Position numbers and translations under genes: made by a program | In this document: one piece after another, positions 21,571 to 31,331 of the stretch | Layout: the number at the start of each line of letters is the position of its first letter | Position numbering within the stretch: the stretch's first letter is position 1 | The notes under the pieces: model-generated | The model's database searches: none | Told to the model about the DNA's origin: nothing | Seen by the model: the letters and a program-made list of their open reading frames with translations, nothing else | From: an uncultured Megamonas sp. | Lineage (GTDB): Bacteria > Bacillota > Negativicutes > Selenomonadales > Selenomonadaceae | Length of the DNA: 64,000 nt | Direction: 5' to 3' (one strand) | NCBI RefSeq assembly: GCF_905197185.1 | Contig: NZ_CAJJXW010000001.1

Positions 21571-22507
21571 AGTTATTATGCAGGTAAAAAATATAACTAA
21601 AAAATTTCCAGCTAGTAATAATAGATTTTTAACAGCTTGTGATGATGTTAGTCTTAATATTAATGCTGGAGAAACAGTAGGCATCGTTGGTGAATCTGGT
21701 TGTGGTAAATCGACTTTAGCTAAAATGATCATGAATATATATAAGCCAACATCAGGTGAGATAATCTATCATAATCAAGATATCACTAAATTAAAGGGAG
21801 AAAATTTACGCCAAAATTACCGCCATATACAAATGATTTTCCAAGATACCATATCAGCTTTTAATCCTAAAATGAAAATTGGTAATATTATCTGTGAGCC
21901 GTTATTGAATTTTAATTTAATAAAAAAATCACAGATGAAAGCAAAAGCTCAAGGGTTACTGCGATTAGTAGAATTACCTGAAGACTTTATAGATAGATAT
22001 CCACATAATTTAAGTGGCGGTCAACGTCAACGTGTAGCTATTGCCAGAGCTTTAGCCTTAGATCCTGAAATCATTGTCTGTGATGAAGCGACATCTGCTC
22101 TTGATGTATCTGTTCAGGCTAAAATCATTGAATTATTAGTAAAACTTCAACGAGAAAAAAACATCACCTATATTTTTATTTGTCATGATTTGGCTTTGGT
22201 TAGTCTATTTAGTCATCGTATAGCTGTAATGTATTTGGGTAATATAGTTGAAAAAATTGATGGCGATAAATTGATCGAAGCAAAGCATCCATATACTAAA
22301 GCTTTATTAAAAGCAGTTTTTTCTCTAGACAATGAGCAAAATAAAAATATAGAAGCTCTTTCTGGTGATATTCCAAGTCCTTTGGATCTACCTAAAGGTT
22401 GTCCATTTCAAAATCGCTGTAAATACTGCAAAGATATCTGTAAACAGGAAAAGCCAAAATTAAAAGAGATATCAACTAATCATCATGTTGCTTGTCATTT
22501 ATTTTAA
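21563..22507 (+). CDS. ABC transporter ATP-binding protein (F subunit)
   Basis: GESGCGKST and LSGGQRQRV motifs, plus a C-terminal oligopeptide/dipeptide-type extension. Overlaps the upstream gene by 8 nt. Confidence 0.88.
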   Translation: MSKVIMQVKNITKKFPASNNRFLTACDDVSLNINAGETVGIVGESGCGKSTLAKMIMNIYKPTSGEIIYHNQDITKLKGENLRQNYRHIQMIFQDTISAFNPKMKIGNIICEPLLNFNLIKKSQMKAKAQGLLRLVELPEDFIDRYPHNLSGGQRQRVAIARALALDPEIIVCDEATSALDVSVQAKIIELLVKLQREKNITYIFICHDLALVSLFSHRIAVMYLGNIVEKIDGDKLIEAKHPYTKALLKAVFSLDNEQNKNIEALSGDIPSPLDLPKGCPFQNRCKYCKDICKQEKPKLKEISTNHHVACHLF

Positions 22508-22544
22508 ATAAAATAATATAAAAATTTTATAGATGGGAGATTTT

Positions 22545-23855
22545 ATGCTATCACAATTGACTTATAAAGAATATCTAAAAGTAACTATTCCCTTTATGTT
22601 ATCCACAGCTACACAGCCTCTACTAGGAGCTGTAAATACTGCTGTTATGGGACATATGTCAGAAGCTTTTTATATAGCTGCTGTTTCTTTGGGAGTAATC
22701 TTATTTAACAATATATATTGGCTATTCGGATTTTTGAGAGTGTCTACTACAAGTTTTTCTGCTCAAGCTTTAGGCAGTGAATCTGCCAAAGATAAATTTT
22801 TAGCTTTAGCTAGACCATTACTTATAGCTGTAGTAATAAGTTTAATATTTTTAATCATTTATCCGTGGATTTTCAAATATTATGCATTGCTCATGAAGCC
22901 TGAAAGCCAAGTTGTTGAATTGATGAAAAATTATTGTGATATCATTATATGGGGAGCTCCGTTTGTCTTAATCAATTATGTAACGCTAGGCTGGCTCATG
23001 GGACAGATGATAATTCGCTATACTATGTTTATGCAAATATCCATGAATGTGTTGAATATCATCTTATCTATCGTATTTGTATTTATCATGGATATGAATA
23101 TTCAAGGTGTAGCCTATGCTTCATTGATTGCTCAAATATATGGTTGTATGATAGGTTTTATCGCTATTTATAAACGAGGAAATTTAACTATTCGCAATGA
23201 ATACATTCAAAGTTTAAAAACTATACAGCCGTTTTTAGGCATGATGAAGGTAAATGTGGATTTAATGTTTCGCACTGTTTGTCTATTGACGATAAATAAT
23301 TTATTTGCCATAGCTGGGGCAAGCATGGGGACAGTTACACTAGCTAGTAATGCTGTTATTTTAGAAATTATTTTTATCGTGGTCTACTTTATTGATGGTA
23401 TGGCAAATGGTGTGAGTGTATTTTCAGGAAAAGCAAAGGGATATAAGGATATAAATCTATTAAATTCAGTATTAAAGATAAGCTTAAGATGTTTAGCTGT
23501 ATTTATAATTTTTATTTCAGTGATTATGTATATCACTAAATCGTATTTTATAAATATGATGACTGATTTAGCAGTCGTAGCTAATTATGCTAACGATTAT
23601 AGTATCTATTTGATTTTGCATCCAATATGTGCTTGTGTGGGATTGCTTTTATATGGTATGTATACAGGTATTGGCAATACAGCTTCTATCAGAAATATGA
23701 TGTTTGTCGCTATGATATTTTTCTATATCTGCCAAAAAATATTGATGTCTTATCTAGGTAATGATGGTATATGGCTAACATATAATTTAACGTATTTATT
23801 AGAATCAATTATTCTCATTTTGTATTTACCGTCACTAAAAAAATATTTTAATTAA
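22545..23855 (+). CDS. MATE-family efflux transporter
   Basis: 12-TM protein with a MATE-like duplicated architecture. Confidence 0.75.
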   Translation: MLSQLTYKEYLKVTIPFMLSTATQPLLGAVNTAVMGHMSEAFYIAAVSLGVILFNNIYWLFGFLRVSTTSFSAQALGSESAKDKFLALARPLLIAVVISLIFLIIYPWIFKYYALLMKPESQVVELMKNYCDIIIWGAPFVLINYVTLGWLMGQMIIRYTMFMQISMNVLNIILSIVFVFIMDMNIQGVAYASLIAQIYGCMIGFIAIYKRGNLTIRNEYIQSLKTIQPFLGMMKVNVDLMFRTVCLLTINNLFAIAGASMGTVTLASNAVILEIIFIVVYFIDGMANGVSVFSGKAKGYKDINLLNSVLKISLRCLAVFIIFISVIMYITKSYFINMMTDLAVVANYANDYSIYLILHPICACVGLLLYGMYTGIGNTASIRNMMFVAMIFFYICQKILMSYLGNDGIWLTYNLTYLLESIILILYLPSLKKYFN

Positions 23856-23857
23856 AG

Positions 23858-23912
23858 AAAACCTACTATAGATTACTTTTAAATAAGTTAATTTATAGTA
23901 GGTTTATTTTTA
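23858..23912. terminator. bidirectional terminator between the MATE gene and the Cof hydrolase gene
   Basis: aaacctactata...tatagtaggttt perfect inverted repeat flanked by A and T runs. Confidence 0.75.
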
Positions 23913-24701
23913 TAATACGTTATATTGTTTTAAAGCATAGGCTATGCCATCATTATCTACATCTAAAGTGATAAAATCTGCTATTTGTTTTAAGCTATCA
24001 TTAGCATTTCCCATAGCAATGCCATATTTTACAGCTTCAAGCATTTCCACATCGTTTCCGCCATCACCAAAAGCCATGGCTTCATTGATATCTATGCCGT
24101 AGTAAGCTAAAACTTTTTTGATTCCTGTGCCTTTACCACCATTTTTAGGAATAATATCTGTAAAATAAGGACACCAACGAACAGCTTTGCAATTTGGCAA
24201 ATATGGTAAGACTTCTTGTTCTTCATCTTCATTTAAGAAAATATTTAATTGATATGTTTTATGATTAGATACACGACTTACATCATCAAATGCTCTATCA
24301 GGTGCAGTATCTCCCAATTTTTCTTTTAATTTTGCCAAGCGGTCATTATAGAGATTAAAATAAAAATAATCCATTTCCATAAAGCCACAAGCGATATCTT
24401 TATCTTTGATGTAATTTGTAAATTGGATTAAATCTTCACGATTTAAATATTCTTCGTGTAAGATTTTTCCTGTACTATCATAACAATATTGACCATTAAA
24501 AGTAATATAACCAGTGAATAAATCGCCAAATTCATCAATTAAAAATTTTAAGTCATATGGCGGACGACCAGTTGCGATAAATAATTTTATACCTTTAGCT
24601 TTTAAAGTATGTAAAGCTTGTATAGTAGATTCAGGAATTTTATGTGTTTTAAAACTAACTAAGGTACCATCAATATCAAAGAAAATAGCTTTTATCATCA
24701 T
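23910..24701 (-). CDS. Cof-type HAD-IIB family hydrolase
   Basis: FFDIDGTL motif I, then GDGGNDVEM motif. Confidence 0.85.
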   Translation of the reverse strand: MMIKAIFFDIDGTLVSFKTHKIPESTIQALHTLKAKGIKLFIATGRPPYDLKFLIDEFGDLFTGYITFNGQYCYDSTGKILHEEYLNREDLIQFTNYIKDKDIACGFMEMDYFYFNLYNDRLAKLKEKLGDTAPDRAFDDVSRVSNHKTYQLNIFLNEDEEQEVLPYLPNCKAVRWCPYFTDIIPKNGGKGTGIKKVLAYYGIDINEAMAFGDGGNDVEMLEAVKYGIAMGNANDSLKQIADFITLDVDNDGIAYALKQYNVL

Positions 24702-24831
24702 ATCACCGTACTTTCATTAGAATCATAAAATATAAATCAATTATAACAAATTTTAAGCTAGTACGTATATTGTTTTTATGCTATATTATAAACAATAATT
24801 ATTGACTAGATAAATATAGAAAGAGATGTGA

Positions 24832-25701
24832 ATGATTTTCATGAATGCAACTTTAAAAAATATTACAGCTATGCTTATTTTTGGTAGTATTGGTTTATTT
24901 GTACGCAATATTGAACTTGCAAGTTCGCAAATAGCCCTAGTGCGTGGTTTTGTAGGTGCTTTTATTTTATTTATCGCTATGGTATGTTTGCACAAAAAAA
25001 TAAATCGAAATGCTTTAATAAAAAATTTACGTTATTTATTAATAGCTGGTGTAGCTATAGGTTTTAACTGGATTTTTTTATTTCAAGCATATAATTATAC
25101 AACAATAGCTACAGCGACACTTACATATTATTTAGCACCTACTTTTGTAGTATTATTATCACCATTTGTATTGAAGGAATCTTTATCTACTTTTAAAATC
25201 ATTTGTGTAATTTTATCTTTATTAGGTATGGCATTAGTCGCTGGTATATTCAATGATAATCAATCTGGTGTAAATGATTTTATCGGTGTATTGTATGGCA
25301 TATCTGCTGCTTTATTTTATGCGATTGTAGTATTAGCAAATAAATTTTTCAAAGATATTTCTGCCATTGATAGCAGTATTGCTCAATTATTATTGGCTTC
25401 AATAATTTTATTACCTTATGTAATTTATCAAGATAATTCATGGAGTATGAGTGGTTTTTCCTTGTTATCTTTACTTATTTTAGGTGTTATACATACAGGT
25501 ATAGCATATTTATTATATTTTTCATCATTGCAGACATTACCAGCACAAAAAGTTGCTATATTTAGCTATTTAGATCCTGTGACTGCGATTATTTTATCCA
25601 CTGTACTTTTAGCTGAACCAATGAGTATATCCCAATGGATTGGTGCTATTTTGATTTTAGGTTCATTATTTGCCAGCGAATTAATAAAGAAAAATAATTA
25701 A
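24832..25701 (+). CDS. EamA/DMT-family transporter
   Basis: 10-TM protein with duplicated EamA domains. Confidence 0.75.
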   Translation: MIFMNATLKNITAMLIFGSIGLFVRNIELASSQIALVRGFVGAFILFIAMVCLHKKINRNALIKNLRYLLIAGVAIGFNWIFLFQAYNYTTIATATLTYYLAPTFVVLLSPFVLKESLSTFKIICVILSLLGMALVAGIFNDNQSGVNDFIGVLYGISAALFYAIVVLANKFFKDISAIDSSIAQLLLASIILLPYVIYQDNSWSMSGFSLLSLLILGVIHTGIAYLLYFSSLQTLPAQKVAIFSYLDPVTAIILSTVLLAEPMSISQWIGAILILGSLFASELIKKNN

Positions 25702-25749
25702 CGATTATTGACAAATAATAATTTATAAATTATATTGTATATATAAATT

Positions 25750-25888
25750 AATAACAGGGAGCTAGTAAACTGGCTGAGAGGAAGTTGTGAACTTCGACCT
25801 ATGACCTGATTTGGATAATGCCAACGTAGGATAATATTTGTAGTTTAATGATAATTATAAGAGATGGCATTATGTTATCTCTTTTTTA
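25750..25888 (+). promoter_or_regulatory. TPP (thiamine pyrophosphate) riboswitch with intrinsic terminator
   Basis: CTGAGA ... ACCTGATTTGGATAATGCCAACGTAGGA core. Followed by the terminator aagagatggcattatgttatctc-T6 (25859-25888). Lies upstream of thiSFGH. Confidence 0.75.
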
Positions 25889-26059
25889 TTTAAATATCTA
25901 TATATTAATATTAGTTTAAATTAATTTTTAAAATTGCATAGAGTTGACCATGTGATTGAACAGGAGTTCATGAAGGGGTGCACCACCGCGGGTGTATCTT
26001 TTTGTGGACTCCTTTTTTAATAAAATTTTTCAAAAGATAAAAAATGAGGAGGTTTTATT

Positions 26060-26257
26060 TTGATAATAGTTAATGGACAAAATCAAGAAATATCTTTGCC
26101 TATGGATTTAGTTACTTATTTGCAAAAAAATAATTATCCTTTAGATAAGATAGCTATAGAGTTAAATGGTCAAATAGTTCCTAAAGCAAAATATACGCAA
26201 ACTATTTTAAATCCTAATGATAAATTAGAAATCGTAACTTTTGTTGGTGGTGGCTGA
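26060..26257 (+). CDS. thiS: sulfur carrier protein ThiS
   Basis: 65 aa ending in GG, first gene of the thi operon. Confidence 0.85.
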   Translation: MIIVNGQNQEISLPMDLVTYLQKNNYPLDKIAIELNGQIVPKAKYTQTILNPNDKLEIVTFVGGG

Positions 26258-26259
26258 TA

Positions 26260-26898
26260 ATGGCAGATATTTTGGCAAAAGAATTAATTTATCAAACTTT
26301 AAATGACCGCCATGGCATAGTCAATCAAGAAAAATTGAACAACGCTAAAGTGGCTATAGCTGGGCTTGGTGGTTTAGGCTCTAATATTGCTGTGGCACTG
26401 GCTAGAATAGGTGTAGGTCATTTACATTTAATTGATTTTGACAAAGTAGATATCAGTAATCTCAATAGACAACATTATTTCATCTCACATTTAAATAAAT
26501 ATAAAACGCAAGCTTTAGCTGAGCAATTACAAATGATAAATCCTTATTTAAATATCGTTACTGATTGTATAAAAGTAACAGAAGATAATATATTCTCATT
26601 ATTTAAAGATGAAGATATCATCTGTGAAGCTTTTGACGTTCCTGAAAATAAGGCGATGTTAGTAAATAAGGTATTAGAACTTTTCCCCGAAAAATATATC
26701 ATCTCAGGAAGTGGTATGGCGGGTTTTGGTCATAGCAATGAAATTCATACTCGCAAGGTGATGGGCAAATTTTATATCTGTGGTGATGAAAAAACTGCAT
26801 TATCCAATGAAAATAGTTTAATGGCTCCTAGAGTGGCCATTTGTGCTGGTCATCAAGCAAATTTAATCACTCAATTAATTTTAGAAAATAATTTATAA
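26260..26898 (+). CDS. thiF: ThiF/MoeB-family adenylyltransferase (short form)
   Basis: GLGGLGS nucleotide-binding motif, next to thiS. Confidence 0.82.
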   Translation: MADILAKELIYQTLNDRHGIVNQEKLNNAKVAIAGLGGLGSNIAVALARIGVGHLHLIDFDKVDISNLNRQHYFISHLNKYKTQALAEQLQMINPYLNIVTDCIKVTEDNIFSLFKDEDIICEAFDVPENKAMLVNKVLELFPEKYIISGSGMAGFGHSNEIHTRKVMGKFYICGDEKTALSNENSLMAPRVAICAGHQANLITQLILENNL

Positions 26899-26913
26899 AG
26901 AAGGTATCATATT

Positions 26914-27672
26914 ATGTGGCAATTAGGAAAACATCAATTCAATTCAAGATTTATTTTAGGTTCTGGTAAATATTCTTTAGAATTAATTCAAGCAGCAATC
27001 AATGAAGCAAAAGCTGAAATCGTAACTTTAGCACTTCGCCGTGTAAATAATGGCGGTATGGCTAATATTTTAGATTACATTCCTAAAGATATAGCACTAC
27101 TCCCTAATACTTCTGGAGCTAGAAATGCTGATGAAGCCATTCGCATAGCTCGTTTATCTAAAGAACTTTGTGGCAGTGATTTAGTAAAAATTGAAATTAT
27201 GCGTGATAGTAAATATCTTTTACCTGATAATTATGAAACTATCAAAGCTACTGAAGTTTTAGCTAAAGAAGGCTTCACTGTTATGCCTTATATGTATCCA
27301 GATTTAAATGTAGCCAGAGATTTAGTAAATGCTGGTGCTAGTTGTGTAATGCCTCTTGGTGCTCCCATCGGTTCTAATAAAGGTTTATGTACAAAAGAAT
27401 TCATTCAAATTCTCATAGATGAAATCGATTTACCAATTATTGTAGATGCTGGTATCGGTAGACCTTCTCAAGCTTGTGAAGCTATGGAAATGGGTGCTAC
27501 TGCTATTATGGCTAATACTGCTATAGCAACAGCAGGTGATGTCGTTCGCATGGCAAAAGCTTTTAATTATGCTATTGAAGCAGGACGCCTCGCTTATGAA
27601 GCAAAATTAGGTCGTGTAAAAGCACAAGGAGCAAGTGCATCTTCTCCATTGACAGGATTTTTACAAGATTGA
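26914..27672 (+). CDS. thiG: thiazole synthase ThiG
   Basis: 252 aa with the FILGSGKY N-terminus and a ThiG TIM-barrel pattern. Confidence 0.88.
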   Translation: MWQLGKHQFNSRFILGSGKYSLELIQAAINEAKAEIVTLALRRVNNGGMANILDYIPKDIALLPNTSGARNADEAIRIARLSKELCGSDLVKIEIMRDSKYLLPDNYETIKATEVLAKEGFTVMPYMYPDLNVARDLVNAGASCVMPLGAPIGSNKGLCTKEFIQILIDEIDLPIIVDAGIGRPSQACEAMEMGATAIMANTAIATAGDVVRMAKAFNYAIEAGRLAYEAKLGRVKAQGASASSPLTGFLQD

Positions 27673-27710
27673 TTATTAATTTAATCAGTAATAATTGTGA
27701 GGTAAGATGA

Positions 27711-28928
27711 ATGAATAAAGATAATCATATTAATGAAAGTATTATTAATGATGAAGTAAGAGCTGAATTAAAAAAAGAACGTATTGACCATATGGCATAT
27801 TTACCAGATATGGAAGTTATACCTAGCGATATTTTAGATAAGGTTATAGCTGATATGGATAGTTATGATTATGATAAATATACTGCTCAAGATGTACAAA
27901 CTGCACTTAGTCATGACCATATTACACCAGAAGATTTTAGAGCCTTATTATCTCCAGCAGCACTTCCTTTTCTTGAACAGATAGCACAAAAAGCTCAAAA
28001 AACTACTAAGAGATTTTTTGGTAACTCTATCTATATGTTCACACCAATATATATTGCCAATTACTGCGAGAATTATTGTATCTATTGTGGTTTTAATTGC
28101 CATAACAAAATCAAACGTGCTAAATTGAATTATGATGAAATTGATAAAGAAATGCAGGAAATTGCTAAATCTGGATTGCAGGAAATCTTGATTTTAACAG
28201 GTGAAAGTCGCAAACAATCCAGTATAGAATATATAGGTGAGGCTTGTAAAATAGCTAAAAAATATTTCCGTGTTATTGGACTTGAAATCTATCCATTGAA
28301 TACAGATGAATATGCTTACCTACAAAAATGCGGTGCGGATTATGTAACTGTATTCCAAGAAACATATAATAGCGATAAATATGAAACTCTCCATTTGGCT
28401 GGACATAAACGTATTTTCCCTTATCGTTTCTATGCTCAAGAAAGAGCAATTCGTGGCGGTATGAGAGGCGTTGGCTTTGCTGCACTTTTAGGTTTAGATG
28501 ATTTTAGAAAAGACGCATTAGCTACAGGTATGCATGCATATTATTTACAACAAAAATATCCACATGCAGAAATAGCATTTTCTTGCCCTCGTCTTCGTCC
28601 AATCATTAATAATGATAAAATCAATCCTAAAGATGTACATGAAGCCCAGCTTTTACAAGTTGTATGTGCTTATCGTTTATTTATGCCATCTGCTAGTATT
28701 ACTATATCTACTAGAGAATGTGCTAGAGTTCGTGATAATCTCGTAAATATCGCTACTACAAAAATTTCTGCTGGTGTAAGTACCGCCATCGGTGAACATA
28801 GTCAAGAAAGCGAAGATAAAGGCGATGCTCAATTTGAAATTGCCGACACTCGTTCTGTAGACGAAGTATATCATGATTTAATTCATAACGGCTTACAGCC
28901 TGTTATGGCAGATTATTTATACGTATAA
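27711..28928 (+). CDS. thiH: 2-iminoacetate synthase ThiH (radical SAM)
   Basis: CENYCIYCGF radical-SAM cysteine motif. 405 aa. Confidence 0.85.
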   Translation: MNKDNHINESIINDEVRAELKKERIDHMAYLPDMEVIPSDILDKVIADMDSYDYDKYTAQDVQTALSHDHITPEDFRALLSPAALPFLEQIAQKAQKTTKRFFGNSIYMFTPIYIANYCENYCIYCGFNCHNKIKRAKLNYDEIDKEMQEIAKSGLQEILILTGESRKQSSIEYIGEACKIAKKYFRVIGLEIYPLNTDEYAYLQKCGADYVTVFQETYNSDKYETLHLAGHKRIFPYRFYAQERAIRGGMRGVGFAALLGLDDFRKDALATGMHAYYLQQKYPHAEIAFSCPRLRPIINNDKINPKDVHEAQLLQVVCAYRLFMPSASITISTRECARVRDNLVNIATTKISAGVSTAIGEHSQESEDKGDAQFEIADTRSVDEVYHDLIHNGLQPVMADYLYV

Positions 28929-29007
28929 TTTACTTCTTATATATTATTCTTTTTATTGATATATTGTACTAAATATTGTACAATAATCATAGAAAGAGGT
29001 GTTAAAT

Positions 29008-29265
29008 ATGTTAGCTGTAAACTATTCTACAATTAGAAATAAACTTAAAAATTATTGTGATGAAGCAACAGATAATAATCAAACTATTATTGTTACTCGT
29101 AAAGCTGAAAAAAATGTGGTAATTCTAAGTCTTGAAAAATATAATCGCCTCATGAAAATAGTTCAAAATGCTGAATATTTATCTATGTTAGATAGAGGAA
29201 TAAAACAACTAGAAGCTGGAAAAGGTCAAAAACACGACTTAATAGAGGCTGATATTGATGAATAA
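29008..29265 (+). CDS. type II antitoxin, Phd/YefM family
   Basis: YefM-like N-terminus (AVNYSTIRNKLKNYCDEA). RBS before ATG 29008. Overlaps the downstream toxin gene. Confidence 0.8.
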   Translation: MLAVNYSTIRNKLKNYCDEATDNNQTIIVTRKAEKNVVILSLEKYNRLMKIVQNAEYLSMLDRGIKQLEAGKGQKHDLIEADIDE

Positions 29266-29518
29266 ACTTTGGTCTGATAGGGCTTGGGATGATTATTTGT
29301 ATTGGCAATTTCAAGATAAAAAAATTTTAAAGAAAATAAATGAGCTCGTAAAAGATATAGAACGAAATGGATTATCTGAAGGAATAGGAAAGCCAGAGCC
29401 TTTAAAATATAAAAATGTTTGGAGTAGACGTATCGATAAGGAAAATCGTTTGGTCTATAATATTGTTAATGGGGAACTCTGGATTATAGCTTGTAGAGGT
29501 CATTATATTTCTTTATAA
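29255..29518 (+). CDS. type II toxin, YoeB/Txe family
   Basis: WSDRAWDDYLYWQ ... RIDKENRLVY ... RGHY motifs are typical of YoeB. Confidence 0.82.
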   Translation: MMNKLWSDRAWDDYLYWQFQDKKILKKINELVKDIERNGLSEGIGKPEPLKYKNVWSRRIDKENRLVYNIVNGELWIIACRGHYISL

Positions 29519-29536
29519 ATTATGCTGTAATATGTT

Positions 29537-29570
29537 AAAAAGTCTAACCTTTTGGTTAGACTTTTTCTTT
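29537..29570 (+). terminator. rho-independent terminator after yoeB
   Basis: agtctaacc-tttt-ggttagact-TTTT. Confidence 0.7.
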
Positions 29571-29589
29571 TTAAAATATAATATATAGA

Positions 29590-30123
29590 TTATTTGTTAA
29601 TAAAAGCCAACAAATCTTTTGTAGTCCAAAGATTTATATTAAATCCATTTTTATTTAGAGCTCTTGCTATTTCTAATTCATTTTCAAGTGATATTAACTT
29701 TGCATGTTCTTTATCATAAGTACGTCTAAGATAAATAACCTCATCATGAGTTTGTATATATTTTTTATTTAGTTCTTCATATTTATTTTTCCATGTATTA
29801 GAATTATCCTCATTTAAAGATTTAATAGAATAGTCTATATTATTTTTCGTAGAATATTTTAGTGAAGTAATTACTTCATTTAATTTAATTATTTTTTGTT
29901 TATAATCTTTTATAGTTTGTTCTTTCTTAATTATTATTTGCTTATTTTTTTCTATTAAATGTATATTATTTTCATTAATAATATTAAATGTATCTTTTTC
30001 TTTTTTATATAAAACATTTAAGTCATTTATTTTATTTTTTAAATTGGATATTTTATTATCTTTACGAGCATAATCTATAAAAAATATTAATATTATTAAA
30101 ATAAGAAAAAAGAGCTCATACAT
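29590..30123 (-). CDS. hypothetical membrane-anchored coiled-coil protein
   Basis: N-terminal TM (LFFLILIILIFFI) followed by about 150 aa of Lys/Glu/Asn-rich heptad-like sequence. Extremely AT-rich. Confidence 0.55.
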   Translation of the reverse strand: MYELFFLILIILIFFIDYARKDNKISNLKNKINDLNVLYKKEKDTFNIINENNIHLIEKNKQIIIKKEQTIKDYKQKIIKLNEVITSLKYSTKNNIDYSIKSLNEDNSNTWKNKYEELNKKYIQTHDEVIYLRRTYDKEHAKLISLENELEIARALNKNGFNINLWTTKDLLAFINK

Positions 30124-30369
30124 AAAATCACTTCTTTATAAATATTGTGTATTTCTAATATTAAATTAATTATATCTTAATTAATACTAAAAATAAATGA
30201 TAAAATATACGGTACTAATTGTTTATATTAATTTATCATTTATTATGGTAGATTATTTATATGTATAGAATATTTTAAATTAGGCACTAGACAAAACTAT
30301 ATTTCTAAAGTACACTTTAATCAAAGTAAATATTTCTCTTTGAAAGGATTAGGAGGACTTAATTATCTT

Positions 30370-31017
30370 ATGCTAGTATTAAAAAAACTACCTTTTCTAG
30401 TACTTTTAATATGTTGTTTATGTTTAGTGCCAACTCCTACAAAAGCAGCTCCTACTGATACTAGTAATTTAGCCATCAGTACAGTTACGGGTTTTTTAAA
30501 TCCAGAAAATGCTACTATAAGGGACGATTTACTAGAGCTATTGAAAGACTCTGAACATAGACAAGAATTAGCTGATTATATTGAATCAACTAGACCTGTT
30601 ATTGAAAAATATAAAGGTTATTTTGATACAGCGTCTAATGTAGCAATATGGTCAGAAGAAAATATTCCCATTATCGGCCATTTAATAGGTAATGTAGCTA
30701 TCAGTGTTACTAATTATTTTTATCAACAAGAACTACAAGAACTTGCCACTACTGAAGTTGCACAGAAATTTGCTGAGCTTCGTCAATCAGGTATTAATAT
30801 CGAGATAGATATTTTTCAAAGGGCCTTATCTAATTATGTTTTAAATGGTGGCGTAGATTTATCCTTAATCATGAATTTACAACAAGTTCTCAATGAAAGA
30901 TTAGAAGTGCATAACTTTTTAAAAGCTATAATTGAAAATTCTAACCTAGAATATAATATTGTTGATGATGGTAATATTATTCCTAAATTAGATACTAGAA
31001 TTAATTTCAATAAATAA
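30370..31017 (+). CDS. hypothetical secreted protein (signal peptide)
   Basis: Hydrophobic h-region LPFLVLLICCLCLVPTPTKA. No recognisable family. Confidence 0.55.
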   Translation: MLVLKKLPFLVLLICCLCLVPTPTKAAPTDTSNLAISTVTGFLNPENATIRDDLLELLKDSEHRQELADYIESTRPVIEKYKGYFDTASNVAIWSEENIPIIGHLIGNVAISVTNYFYQQELQELATTEVAQKFAELRQSGINIEIDIFQRALSNYVLNGGVDLSLIMNLQQVLNERLEVHNFLKAIIENSNLEYNIVDDGNIIPKLDTRINFNK

Positions 31018-31060
31018 AAAAATCCTATCTTTAAGTGATTTCTTAGAGATAGGATTTTTT
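31015..31060. terminator. bidirectional terminator
   Basis: aaaaaatcctatct...agataggatttttt. Confidence 0.75.
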
Positions 31061-31061
31061 G

Positions 31062-31298
31062 TTAAATCAATTTTTCAAAACGATATTTTTGGGAAACATC
31101 AGGATATTTTTGGCGGTCAACTTCACTCATAAACATATCTAAAGGTCTAATATAATCTTTAAAATCACCATATAAAGCTTTATAAACTACGAATTGTTCA
31201 TGAGTTTCTGTATGTGTAGCCACGGTAATAATCAAATATTTTTTATCTTCACCTTTGAAGTGAACCCATATTTCCCCTGATTTAGGTAGAGCTCTCAT
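31062..31298 (-). CDS. DUF1653-like small protein
   Basis: 78 aa with WxHFKG ... VxYxALYGD ... RPxxMF ... YP motifs that resemble the DUF1653 family. This is a remembered resemblance, not a searched match. Confidence 0.55.
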   Translation of the reverse strand: MRALPKSGEIWVHFKGEDKKYLIITVATHTETHEQFVVYKALYGDFKDYIRPLDMFMSEVDRQKYPDVSQKYRFEKLI

Positions 31299-31331
31299 TA
31301 TATTATGTTTCTCCTTTATTTTTTTTAATTA

